Assembly: GCA_963678065.2 (NCBI GenBank)
Contig: CAXXVZ010000003.1
Location: 1,312,001 to 1,376,000 of the forward strand
Source: Treponemataceae bacterium
GTDB taxonomy: Bacteria > Spirochaetota > Spirochaetia > Treponematales > Rectinemataceae
Direction of reading: 5' to 3'
Length of the DNA stretch: 64,000 nucleotides
In this document: positions 55,811-64,000 of the stretch, one piece after another
Layout of the letters: each line of letters begins with the position of its first letter
Numbering within the stretch: position 1 is the stretch's first letter
Translations under genes and position numbers: made by a program
The notes under the pieces: generated by a model
Databases searched by the model: none
Told to the model about the DNA's origin: nothing
Seen by the model: the letters and a program-made list of their open reading frames with translations, nothing else

Positions 55811-56965
55811 TCATTGTATCTGCTCGTAGATCCGTCGGATGTCGTCCCGCGTCATGAGCTTCGGGTTGTTGTTCATCAGCCTCGCGTTGCCGATGGCGCC
55901 TTCGATCAAGGCACCGATATCTCGATGCGCGATGCCGAACTCCGCCAGACGCTTGGGAATACGCAGGGCGGCGACCAGCGAGTACAGCCGTTCGACGATG
56001 GCATCCGCCGCGAGGTCGGGTCGTGTCGCTTCGGGCAGGCCGAACGAGGAGCCGGCCCGGCACAGCTTGTCGGTGACCGCATCCTTGTTGAAGTCGATCA
56101 CGGGCGCCAGAAGCATCGCGTTGGCGATCCCGTGCGGTATATGGAAGGAGGCGCCGAGGGGATACGAGAGCGCGTGGACCGCAGTCGTGCCCGACAGGCT
56201 GATGCACATCCCGCCGTAAAAGGCAGCGAGGAGCATGTCCGTCCTGGCCGCGATGTCGGTTCCGTCCGCGAAGGCCTTCTCGATGCTCCTGTTTATCCTG
56301 GCCATCGCGTCGAGCGCGAGAACGTCGCTCAAAGGAGTCGCCTTGAGCGACAGATAGCACTCGAGCGCGTGCGCGAGCGCGTCGACGCCTGTCGCAGCCG
56401 TCACGCCGGGAGGCATGGACAGGGTAAGCTCGGGATCCAGGATCACGGAATCGGGCAGGAACTGACTGCTTATGACCGCATTCTTGAGCTTCCTGCCCGC
56501 TGTCGCGAGGATGACGTTCTTCGTGGCCTCGGAACCAGTTCCGGCGGTGGTCGGAATCAGGCAGGTCGGCGTCGTCCTCGAATACATCCTATCCGAATCG
56601 GTGAGGCCGTCGAGAAACCTGCCGGTATGGTACTCACTGCCGAGGAGCTTGGCGATGTCGAGGACCGAGCCGCCGCCTACTCCGATGATCGCGCCGCAGG
56701 CATGGGTTCTGCACTCTCCGATCACGTCGTTCGCATTCGCGATATCTGGCTCGCGCTCTATTGAATCCACGATGTGCAGCGCCCAGCCGGCCTTCGCCAA
56801 ATAGCCCGCGACTGTATCGACAATCCCGCTCGAACGGATGCCTCTGTCCGTGAGGATGATTCCTTCCTTCTTTTCTATCCCCGCCAGGATTTCGCTTATC
56901 CTCGAAACAGCCCCGGCGCCGGCCAGCACCTTCCCGGGAGCTTCAAGAAAGAACTCTTGCTTCAT
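55811..56965 (-). CDS. Iron-containing alcohol dehydrogenase
   Basis: GGGSVLDIAK, PTTAGTGSE, DALAHALE, VHALSY, PHG. Confidence 0.92.
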   Translation of the reverse strand: MKQEFFLEAPGKVLAGAGAVSRISEILAGIEKKEGIILTDRGIRSSGIVDTVAGYLAKAGWALHIVDSIEREPDIANANDVIGECRTHACGAIIGVGGGSVLDIAKLLGSEYHTGRFLDGLTDSDRMYSRTTPTCLIPTTAGTGSEATKNVILATAGRKLKNAVISSQFLPDSVILDPELTLSMPPGVTAATGVDALAHALECYLSLKATPLSDVLALDAMARINRSIEKAFADGTDIAARTDMLLAAFYGGMCISLSGTTAVHALSYPLGASFHIPHGIANAMLLAPVIDFNKDAVTDKLCRAGSSFGLPEATRPDLAADAIVERLYSLVAALRIPKRLAEFGIAHRDIGALIEGAIGNARLMNNNPKLMTRDDIRRIYEQIQ

Positions 56966-58265
56966 GAGAATCTCCTTCCGCGCCATCTTCGCGGTTTTTC
57001 ATCGAATCGAGGATTCTGCGCAGGATATCCTTGTCGCCGAAGCCGCCGGCCTTGGTCATCATATAGAGCGGATGCGCGAAATCAGGTGAGTTCATTTTGC
57101 ACAAGGGAATGTAGGGAAGGATTTCGGCCTTCAGCTCGATGGACTCCGTATTGAGCTTCTTGACGATGTTGAATGCCGTGTCTCCCCCGGTCACGAACAT
57201 GGTATCCACATGAAACTCGGTGAGGATTCTTCGTGTAATATCGCCGAGGCACTCCGCGATGATCGCGCCAAGGTCACTCACCGCGGATTGGCCACCCTGT
57301 CTACACCCTTTCCCTTTCTCCCCCGTTCCGGTTCCCGGGACGACCCGCAGCACGATGTGCCTGCTCCGATCGACCATCCGGACTTCAGCGATAGTCTCGC
57401 GTATCGCCTCTTCCATGTTCGAAAGCACCGTATCGGCGCAGAGATCCACCGCCTTCGCACGGTCCGAGTCCGTCAACATGAAATCAACCTGCTCGTGCGA
57501 GATCCTCTTGAGGCTGCCGACAACGAAAAGCATCCTTTGCGGGAAGAGCGCAGGTTTTCTCGTATCCGGCCTACCGCCCGAAAGGGCCTTCGCCAACCCC
57601 GACGAACCGACGAAAAGCGCTCGCCTGCCCGAGTCCTTGATGACACCCGCGACCTTTTCTATATCTGTCTGCGCCAGGGTATCGAATACGAGGATGCGGC
57701 TCCCCTTCGAAATTTCTTGATCGATATCCCGTATCAATGTCCCTTCCGGGCCCTGGATGCTCCGGTACGATATCAGCCCTACCTTCCGTCCGGCTTGGCG
57801 CGAGATAATCCCCGGGACGAATGAGATGTCGACGGGGGAGAAGGGATCGCATCCGAATTCCGATTTATGGAGCTCAGTATCATGGATATAGCAAATACCG
57901 TCCTTCACAGTCCGCCCGTTCTCGGGGGCGGCGGAAATCACGAAGGCGTGGCTATAGCCCGAGGCATCCATCAGCGCATCGATCTCCGAGCCGATATTTC
58001 CTCGCAGCGTCGAGTCTATTTTCTTGAAGACGATATCGTTGTTCCTCTCCCCCAGGAGCCTGACGGTACTCTTGATCCGATCGTAAGCGTCTTGCGCGCC
58101 CAGATGGCGCGACTCGGTGTCGACTATCAACACCGGCGCGGATAAGTGTGTCTTTTTGAAGGCGGTCAGCGGATGGATGACGACGACCGGATCACCGTGC
58201 CCACTGATGAATTGCATGCCCGTGTCGTTTGCGCCGGTGAAGTCGTCTGCAATAATAGTGATCAT
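56943..58265 (-). CDS. Four-carbon acid-sugar kinase (DUF1537, DtnK/DenK-like)
   Basis: IADDFTGAND, DTESR, KKIDSTLRGN, TGGDT, TKAGGFG. Confidence 0.93.
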   Translation of the reverse strand: MITIIADDFTGANDTGMQFISGHGDPVVVIHPLTAFKKTHLSAPVLIVDTESRHLGAQDAYDRIKSTVRLLGERNNDIVFKKIDSTLRGNIGSEIDALMDASGYSHAFVISAAPENGRTVKDGICYIHDTELHKSEFGCDPFSPVDISFVPGIISRQAGRKVGLISYRSIQGPEGTLIRDIDQEISKGSRILVFDTLAQTDIEKVAGVIKDSGRRALFVGSSGLAKALSGGRPDTRKPALFPQRMLFVVGSLKRISHEQVDFMLTDSDRAKAVDLCADTVLSNMEEAIRETIAEVRMVDRSRHIVLRVVPGTGTGEKGKGCRQGGQSAVSDLGAIIAECLGDITRRILTEFHVDTMFVTGGDTAFNIVKKLNTESIELKAEILPYIPLCKMNSPDFAHPLYMMTKAGGFGDKDILRRILDSMKNREDGAEGDSHEARVLS

Positions 58266-58283
58266 GTGGAAATCTGATAGCCG

Positions 58284-59234
58284 TTACTCGACACAGAGGC
58301 CGGTCTTGATCATCAGCTCCCTGAGCCTGCTCCGCTGCTCGGCGCCCGGACGCTGCAGAGGAAGCCGCTCATGGGAGCCCATGGGCCTTCCGGCGATTCT
58401 CGCCATCTCTTTCCCGAAGGCTGTGGCCCTGTACATGTCTCCCGTGAAGACGTAGTTGTACAGATCGAGGTACCTGCTCCACAGATCCTGACAATTCTGG
58501 AAATCGCCACTCCTATCGACCGCGTCTATCTCCAGCGCGGCCTTCGGATCGAAGTTGGCGGTGAAGTGATTGTGCCCTTTTATACCCATTTGATAATCGA
58601 AGGGCATGAGGCTCCGGTAGGTATTCGCATTCAGCGCGAAGCGCTCGCCATACGCGGCGGCAACCTGGCGCAGCTTGCCCACGTTCGGGGTGGTCTCCTT
58701 GAGCGCGACGATGTGGTCTATGGACGCGAGCCTCTCGATGCATTCCAGCGACATATCCTTGCCCGTGACCGTTGGATTGTTGTAGATCATGATGCCGATC
58801 TCAGTCGCGTCGGCGATGGCCTTGAAATGCTGGTATACGACTTCATCGGAGGGGTTGGGATAATAGTATGGAGCGAGTACCATGATCGCATCGGCTCCGG
58901 CCTTTTCAGCGCAACGGGCGAGATTGATCACCTGCGAGGCTCCCTCCCGCAGACAGCCGACGACGATCGGGACAGCGCCTGCCGCCTCGTCGACGACTAT
59001 CCTGATGAGCTTCTCATACTCGGCATCCGATAGGGAGAACCCCTCACCGTTGGAACCGCCTATGGTCTGAACAGCCTTTCCGTTGACCAGGCCTCCCTCG
59101 ATCATGAAGCGCGTATTGTCCCGAAGAGCCCGCTCATCCAACTCCGTATCCGATTCGAATGGGGTAAACTGAATATTGACGACTCCAGTCAAAAACGACT
59201 TCACCTCTCTGCGGGACCGGCCAACTCGAGCCAT
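58284..59234 (-). CDS. DHDPS/NAL-family class I aldolase or dehydratase (copy A)
   Basis: TPF, GSNGE, APYY, MIYNNP, ALKET, RLPL. AGGAG SD. Confidence 0.88.
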   Translation of the reverse strand: MARVGRSRREVKSFLTGVVNIQFTPFESDTELDERALRDNTRFMIEGGLVNGKAVQTIGGSNGEGFSLSDAEYEKLIRIVVDEAAGAVPIVVGCLREGASQVINLARCAEKAGADAIMVLAPYYYPNPSDEVVYQHFKAIADATEIGIMIYNNPTVTGKDMSLECIERLASIDHIVALKETTPNVGKLRQVAAAYGERFALNANTYRSLMPFDYQMGIKGHNHFTANFDPKAALEIDAVDRSGDFQNCQDLWSRYLDLYNYVFTGDMYRATAFGKEMARIAGRPMGSHERLPLQRPGAEQRSRLRELMIKTGLCVE

Positions 59235-59275
59235 GTGTGGATCTCCTTTTCATCAGAACTTTGCATTATTGCTTA

Positions 59276-59291
59276 TGCATAATTCGTGCCA
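59276..59291 (-). promoter_or_regulatory. sigma54 (-24/-12) promoter for the sugar-acid operon
   Basis: TGGCAC-GAAT-TATGCA with exact GG-N10-GC spacing, ~40 bp before ATG 59234. Confidence 0.85.
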
Positions 59292-59457
59292 AAGAAGATC
59301 TAAAAACGTATGTCGTTGTATCAATATAAATTAGTCGCTGTGCACTAGATTCTTTTCGCTTCCGATATCATCGAAGCTGGCATATTATGATCCACGCATG
59401 CTCCATTATTAACCAGTCGCACTTGACAACTACTCTGCTTTCGGTTCTTCTTGCCGC

Positions 59458-61353
59458 ATGAGCATTCTACTCATGGCACCATACCCGGAGTTATATAAGC
59501 AGGCCCGGGAGGTCATTGCCCGCAACAAGGTGGATGTCGTCGTCGAACAAGGCGATTTGGGAAACGGATTGACGCGGGCGCTCGAGGTCACCGAGGCCAA
59601 CAACATAGATATCGTAATCAGCCGCGGCGGAACGGCCTCACTCTTGAGAAAGCACCTGAACAGGATCGTGATCGAAATTCCGGTGACGGGATACGATCTC
59701 CTGCGCGCCATCTATCCGCATTTTGTCGCGGGCAAGAGAATCGCCGTAGTCGGATACCAGAACATAATATATGGGGTTCAGAGTATCGCTGCGATCCTGA
59801 ACGCCGATCTCGGGATCTTCACGGTCACACAGTCGTCGGTCATGGAGGAGGTCATCGCCGACGTCCTCAAGTGGGGCGCTGAAGTGATCGTCGGAGACGC
59901 CGTCTCCACGGCTCTGGGAAAGGGCAAGGGCGTCACCGTCGAGCTCATCAAGTCGGGCGAGGAGGCGATCGAGAACGCGATCCAGAACGCGATCCAGGTG
60001 CATGATCAGATCATCGAGAAGATAGCGACCCTCAAGCGCATGAACTCGATATTCGAACATTCACAGAACGGTATTATATACATAGATTCTGCAGGGGAGA
60101 TCAAACAGCTGAATGAAGGCGCCTTGGTCTGCCTCAAAATAAGCGCGGATCAGCTTCTGCACAAGAAAGTCGGCGAGTCTTGCCTCCCGGACGCGATAAA
60201 AAGAATCCTGGGCAGGAAAGGTGGAGCAAACGACGGAGCTGTCGTAAAGCTCGGGACGGAAACCGTATATGTCAAGACGATAGGCATCGATGTGGGCAAG
60301 CGGAACGAAGAGACGATCGTATTCATCCACGATACCGGGAAGATCCAGAAACTCGAGGCCCAAATCAGAAAAGAACTATCTGAAAAAGGTCTGCAGGCCC
60401 ACTATTCATTTGAGACGATGATCACCGGCGATCCGATCAATAAAGTTACGATAAATAAGGCAAAGCAATATAGCCTTACGGATTCGACTGTATTGTTGCT
60501 TGGAGAGACCGGGACCGGGAAGGAGTTCTTCGCGCAAAGCATACACAATCACTCTGCACGGAAGAACGGACCCTTCGTAGCCGTGAATTGCGCAGCCCTG
60601 CCCGACACCCTCCTGGAAAGCGAGTTGTTCGGATACATAGAAGGAGCCTTCACCGGCGCAAACAAGGGAGGGAGGAAGGGGCTGTTCGAGCTGGCCCATC
60701 TGGGAACGATCTTCCTCGACGAGATAAACGAGATGAACACGAACCTTCAGGCGCGCTTCCTCCGTGTCCTGCAGGAAAAAGAGATCATGCGGATAGGTGA
60801 CAACAAAGTGATCAGCATCGACGTGCGAGTCATCGCGGCGACGAACAAGGACCTCTACAGGGAAGTACAGAATGGACGATTTCGAAGCGACTTGTACTAT
60901 CGCATAAAGGTATTGGACATCGAGATACTGCCTTTGCGGAAGCGACCGCTGGACATTTATCCGCTCTTCCAGAACTTCATCCATTATTACGCGGAGAAAC
61001 ATGGCTATTCGATGCCCGCGCACACGGAGGAGCAGTTCGTTGAATCGCTTGCCAGGTACTCCTGGCCGGGGAACATACGGGAGCTGAAGAATTTCTCGGA
61101 AAAATTCGTCATCCTGTCTTCGGGCGGCAGCCCGCCCAAGGGACTCATCGAAGAATTATTGGCAAACGAGCGCGAGGAAAGAATAGACGCTCCCGGCGAG
61201 CTGCAAGCTTCCGCAAATATGCCGCTAGAAGAGAAGGAACTCGAGTATATACGCGCTGTAATGCTGGACGCGAACTACAACATCAGCCACGCGTCGCGGA
61301 TCTTGGGAATAAGCCGCGGCACCCTCCGCCGGAAGCTGAACTCAAAGGTTTAG
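59458..61353 (+). CDS. PrpR-like sigma54 enhancer-binding protein (PrpR_N-PAS-AAA+-HTH)
   Basis: ISRGGTA, GETGTGKE, LLESELFGY..GAFTGA, FLDEI, WPGNIREL and a Fis-type HTH. Confidence 0.93.
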   Translation: MSILLMAPYPELYKQAREVIARNKVDVVVEQGDLGNGLTRALEVTEANNIDIVISRGGTASLLRKHLNRIVIEIPVTGYDLLRAIYPHFVAGKRIAVVGYQNIIYGVQSIAAILNADLGIFTVTQSSVMEEVIADVLKWGAEVIVGDAVSTALGKGKGVTVELIKSGEEAIENAIQNAIQVHDQIIEKIATLKRMNSIFEHSQNGIIYIDSAGEIKQLNEGALVCLKISADQLLHKKVGESCLPDAIKRILGRKGGANDGAVVKLGTETVYVKTIGIDVGKRNEETIVFIHDTGKIQKLEAQIRKELSEKGLQAHYSFETMITGDPINKVTINKAKQYSLTDSTVLLLGETGTGKEFFAQSIHNHSARKNGPFVAVNCAALPDTLLESELFGYIEGAFTGANKGGRKGLFELAHLGTIFLDEINEMNTNLQARFLRVLQEKEIMRIGDNKVISIDVRVIAATNKDLYREVQNGRFRSDLYYRIKVLDIEILPLRKRPLDIYPLFQNFIHYYAEKHGYSMPAHTEEQFVESLARYSWPGNIRELKNFSEKFVILSSGGSPPKGLIEELLANEREERIDAPGELQASANMPLEEKELEYIRAVMLDANYNISHASRILGISRGTLRRKLNSKV

Positions 61354-61467
61354 AATCGCGGACCCGATTTCTATACGCACAGATAAAGTTCAGTGGCGAC
61401 GGGGAAAAGCGTAAACGGAAGTGCTTCCTCCGCACCGCGCCGATTCTCTCAGGATCCACCGACCTCG

Positions 61468-62253
61468 TCAGACCTGCCGTATCTCCACGTCGTGCTCCGC
61501 GATGGCCGCGATCTCTTCCTGGGCAGAGCTCTTGTTGGTGATGAGGACATCGACCCCATCGATGCCGACGATGTGGGAGAAGCTGACCCGCCCGATCTTG
61601 GAGTAATCGGCGACCACGATGGTCCTGTTCACCCGCGCTATCATCTGGCGGTTCAGTTCGGCTTCCATGTGATGGTAGGTCGTGACGCCCCCCGCCGCGC
61701 TGACGCCGTCCGAGGACAGGATGAGTTTGTCGCACTTGTATTTGCTGAGCTGATTTATCGCGTCGTCCCCGTAGGTGAACTGGTACTGCGGGTTGAGATT
61801 CCCGCCGAGGAAGATCAGGTCGATATTCTGGCAATGCCTGACTTCCTGCGCGATGTACAGCGAGTTGGTCAGGATGGTCAGGTTCCTGAGCGCCCGGAGC
61901 TCCTGCCCCACGAAGAGCGTCGTCGTGCCGGAACCGAGAATGATCGTGTCCCCGTCCGAGACGAGCGAGGCGGCCTCGACGGCGACCTGGCGTTTTTCGG
62001 GTTCGTTCGTCTTGAGCCGATCCGTGTAGGCCATCGTGTAGTAGGATTTGTAGGTGCTCACCGCGCCGCCGTGCACCCGCTCGAGGAGACCTTCTGTCTC
62101 AAGGGCGGCAAGATCATTTCTGATCGTGACGACGGAGGTTCCGAACTGCCGGCTCAAGTCCGCGACGAGGACTTTCCCGTCCCTGTTGATCGTATCGAGA
62201 ATAGCCTTGCGCCGATCCACCATGATCAACTCATCCACCTTGACTTCGGACAT
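61468..62253 (-). CDS. DeoR/GlpR (AgaR-like) regulator
   Basis: TSVVTIRNDL..LE..GLLERVHGGA, GTTT, TNSL, ADYSKIG. Confidence 0.93.
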   Translation of the reverse strand: MSEVKVDELIMVDRRKAILDTINRDGKVLVADLSRQFGTSVVTIRNDLAALETEGLLERVHGGAVSTYKSYYTMAYTDRLKTNEPEKRQVAVEAASLVSDGDTIILGSGTTTLFVGQELRALRNLTILTNSLYIAQEVRHCQNIDLIFLGGNLNPQYQFTYGDDAINQLSKYKCDKLILSSDGVSAAGGVTTYHHMEAELNRQMIARVNRTIVVADYSKIGRVSFSHIVGIDGVDVLITNKSSAQEEIAAIAEHDVEIRQV

Positions 62254-62410
62254 TGGGTCCCTCCGTGTCGCCATTCACTCCACGTCCATCCAGCGCTTTT
62301 CCTGGTCGGATCGATAGGCGGTTTCCATCACGGATTGTACATAGATGCCCTCTTCGAAAGAAGGGCTCGCCGGTCTGTCCGACACTTCACCGCGTTGAAA
62401 TGCGGCTGGA

Positions 62411-62495
62411 TATTGCTTCTTCTTTTCAATGTATTTCTTTTATAATTTATATTATTTCTTATTGCTTTCGTTTAACGTAGCATGTTAGTATTATT
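62411..62495. promoter_or_regulatory. AT-rich divergent promoter region with phased TTTC repeats (candidate DeoR/AgaR-type operators)
   Basis: TTTC units end at 62427, 62437, 62458 and 62469 (spacings 10, 21, 11 bp). Confidence 0.45.
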
Positions 62496-62562
62496 CTGTC
62501 AACATTCGAAGATGGCGCATCGGTCCCGGCATCACTGTCGCCAGCTTTAGGAAACGACCGGC

Positions 62563-64000
62563 ATGATTCGCTCCACGGACGCCACAGCCCTGAGCCCCGC
62601 CGAAATGGAGCGGGCGCGAAAGAACTACTACCTCTTCGCCTTCTTCAATACGCTGTCGTTCCAGTTTCTCACGGGAAATATACTCACGCTCTACGCCCTG
62701 AAGATCGGTGCGGGAAACTCGTTTCTCGGCATCCTGTCGGCTTTTCTGTACCTCTCGTTTTTTTTCATGTTCGCGGGTCGCGCTCTGGTGAACCGGATGG
62801 GCGCCGTCAGGATCATGACGGCTTTTTTCTTCATTCGGTGCGTGGCGATGATTCCCATGCTGGCCGGCCCCTTCCTCGTCGCAAGCGGACAAAGCGCCGT
62901 GGCGCTCGCACTCACGGCCGCGAGCGCCGCGGTCTTCAACGTGGCGAGGGGGATAGCCGTCGTCGGTGACAGCCCCATCCTCTCCGAAATCGGCGGGGAC
63001 AAAACCAGAGGCGTTTTTCTGAGCAGGGTCCAGGTAATAGCCCAGACCGCAGCGATCTTTTCGGGCTTCGTGATCGCCTTCTTCCTCGGCAGGAACGCGC
63101 CAGTCTTCCGCTACGTCGCGATCATCGGCTCCGGGGTGGTCCTGGGATGTGCGAGCTCCATCTTCATCTCCCGGCTTCCGGAACCGCGCTCCTGCGCCGA
63201 GGGGATGTCGGGGAGCCTGCGCTCGAGCTTCGCGAAGGCCCTGAAATCCAGGAAAACGGCGCTGTTCTTCGCCTCGATTTTCCTCGTCTACCTGATAATC
63301 GCCATGACCGGCTCGTTTCTGCTTGTGTATTTCAAGACAGTACACGGCCTGGCCGACAGTCGTCTCGCCCTGCTCGCGAGCCTCGCGAATGTCGGTGCGC
63401 TCTGCATGGCGATACTGAGCGGCTTCACCCTGGACAGGCTCGGATCGAAACCCCTGTATTTCGCTTTCGCGGTCGTCACCACGCTTTCCCTCATCCCCGC
63501 GGTCCTCTGTCCAAGCCTTCGTGGAGGACTTCTGGCCTCGCTCGTCGCCGGGTTCATGTTCTTCCTGTACGGTATGGGAACCGCGGGCATGGGCAACGCG
63601 GGGCAGAATTATTTCCTCGGCATGACGCCTCCGAAGGACAGACTGAATTTCGGCATCATCTTCTACCTCCTCGTCGGGGCCGGTGGAACGGTGGGCTCGC
63701 TCGCGGGGGGATGGTTTCTCGATCGGCTGCTCGCGATCCCCGGCCTCAGCGCGCCAGGGGCTTTCCGGATTTTTTTCTCGCTCGCGATCGTTCTGCTTCT
63801 GGCGGCGGCGGCGATCATGATCAGGCTGACGAGCGGGGACGCCTATTCGCTCGGCGAGGCCATCCGTTTCATGCTGTCCCCGAAAGATATGCGGGCGCTG
63901 GCCCTCCTCCGGCGACTCGAGAATCCCCGGACCTTCAGCGAGGAGGGCAAAGCGATCGAGGCGCTCGGAGAGCAGTTCTCGGCCTTGGCCGTGGGGGAGC
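62563..64000 (+). CDS. MFS transporter, 3'-partial (absent from the ORF track)
   Basis: Manual translation MIRSTDATALSPAEMERARKNYYLFAFFNTLSFQFLTGNILTLYALKIGAGNSFLGILSAFLY... Many TM helices and a DRLGSKP loop; appears open to the window end. Confidence 0.85.
   Translation, partial: MIRSTDATALSPAEMERARKNYYLFAFFNTLSFQFLTGNILTLYALKIGAGNSFLGILSAFLYLSFFFMFAGRALVNRMGAVRIMTAFFFIRCVAMIPMLAGPFLVASGQSAVALALTAASAAVFNVARGIAVVGDSPILSEIGGDKTRGVFLSRVQVIAQTAAIFSGFVIAFFLGRNAPVFRYVAIIGSGVVLGCASSIFISRLPEPRSCAEGMSGSLRSSFAKALKSRKTALFFASIFLVYLIIAMTGSFLLVYFKTVHGLADSRLALLASLANVGALCMAILSGFTLDRLGSKPLYFAFAVVTTLSLIPAVLCPSLRGGLLASLVAGFMFFLYGMGTAGMGNAGQNYFLGMTPPKDRLNFGIIFYLLVGAGGTVGSLAGGWFLDRLLAIPGLSAPGAFRIFFSLAIVLLLAAAAIMIRLTSGDAYSLGEAIRFMLSPKDMRALALLRRLENPRTFSEEGKAIEALGEQFSALAVGE

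Noticed and set aside
62491..63596. Minus-strand ORFs listed in the track
   Set aside because: Antisense to the real plus-strand MFS gene, which the track missed because it has no stop in the window.

Overview
High-GC spirochaete-like chromosome (inferred from Treponema-type parE/parC, the polA-coaE-SPOR order and the integrase remnant). It has three parts. (1) Positions 1-17290 are a decayed genomic island abutting the 3' end of tRNA-Asn(GTT). A frameshifted IS256 lies on its left, and a dead IS3 fragment plus an integrase remnant lie on its right. Between them is an apparently intact ~14.3-kb minus-strand Druantia-like defence locus: degraded HTH, MORC/GHKL ATPase, DUF4338 (DruA-like), a 281-bp hairpin-rich spacer, 978-aa and 366-aa unknown proteins, a PIN-like nuclease, and a 1853-aa DEAH/DUF1998 helicase (DruE-like). 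No methyltransferase is visible. This combination matches no Druantia type I can recall and is the best candidate for a new system. (2) Positions 17.3-47.2 kb are backbone: topoisomerase IV, an AOR-family oxidoreductase, dcd, TetR and two SDRs, a pantothenate ECF transporter with coaX, psuKG, polA, a coaE-SPOR fusion and a BMP nucleoside ABC transporter. (3) Positions 47.2-64 kb hold a sigma54/PrpR-controlled sugar-acid catabolic operon (two DHDPS-family enzymes, DUF1537 kinase, PdxA2, Fe-ADH, sugar ABC, enolase-family dehydratase, PatB, ferredoxin), then a DeoR regulator and an MFS gene running off the end. All calls come from reading motifs by eye; no database searches were run.
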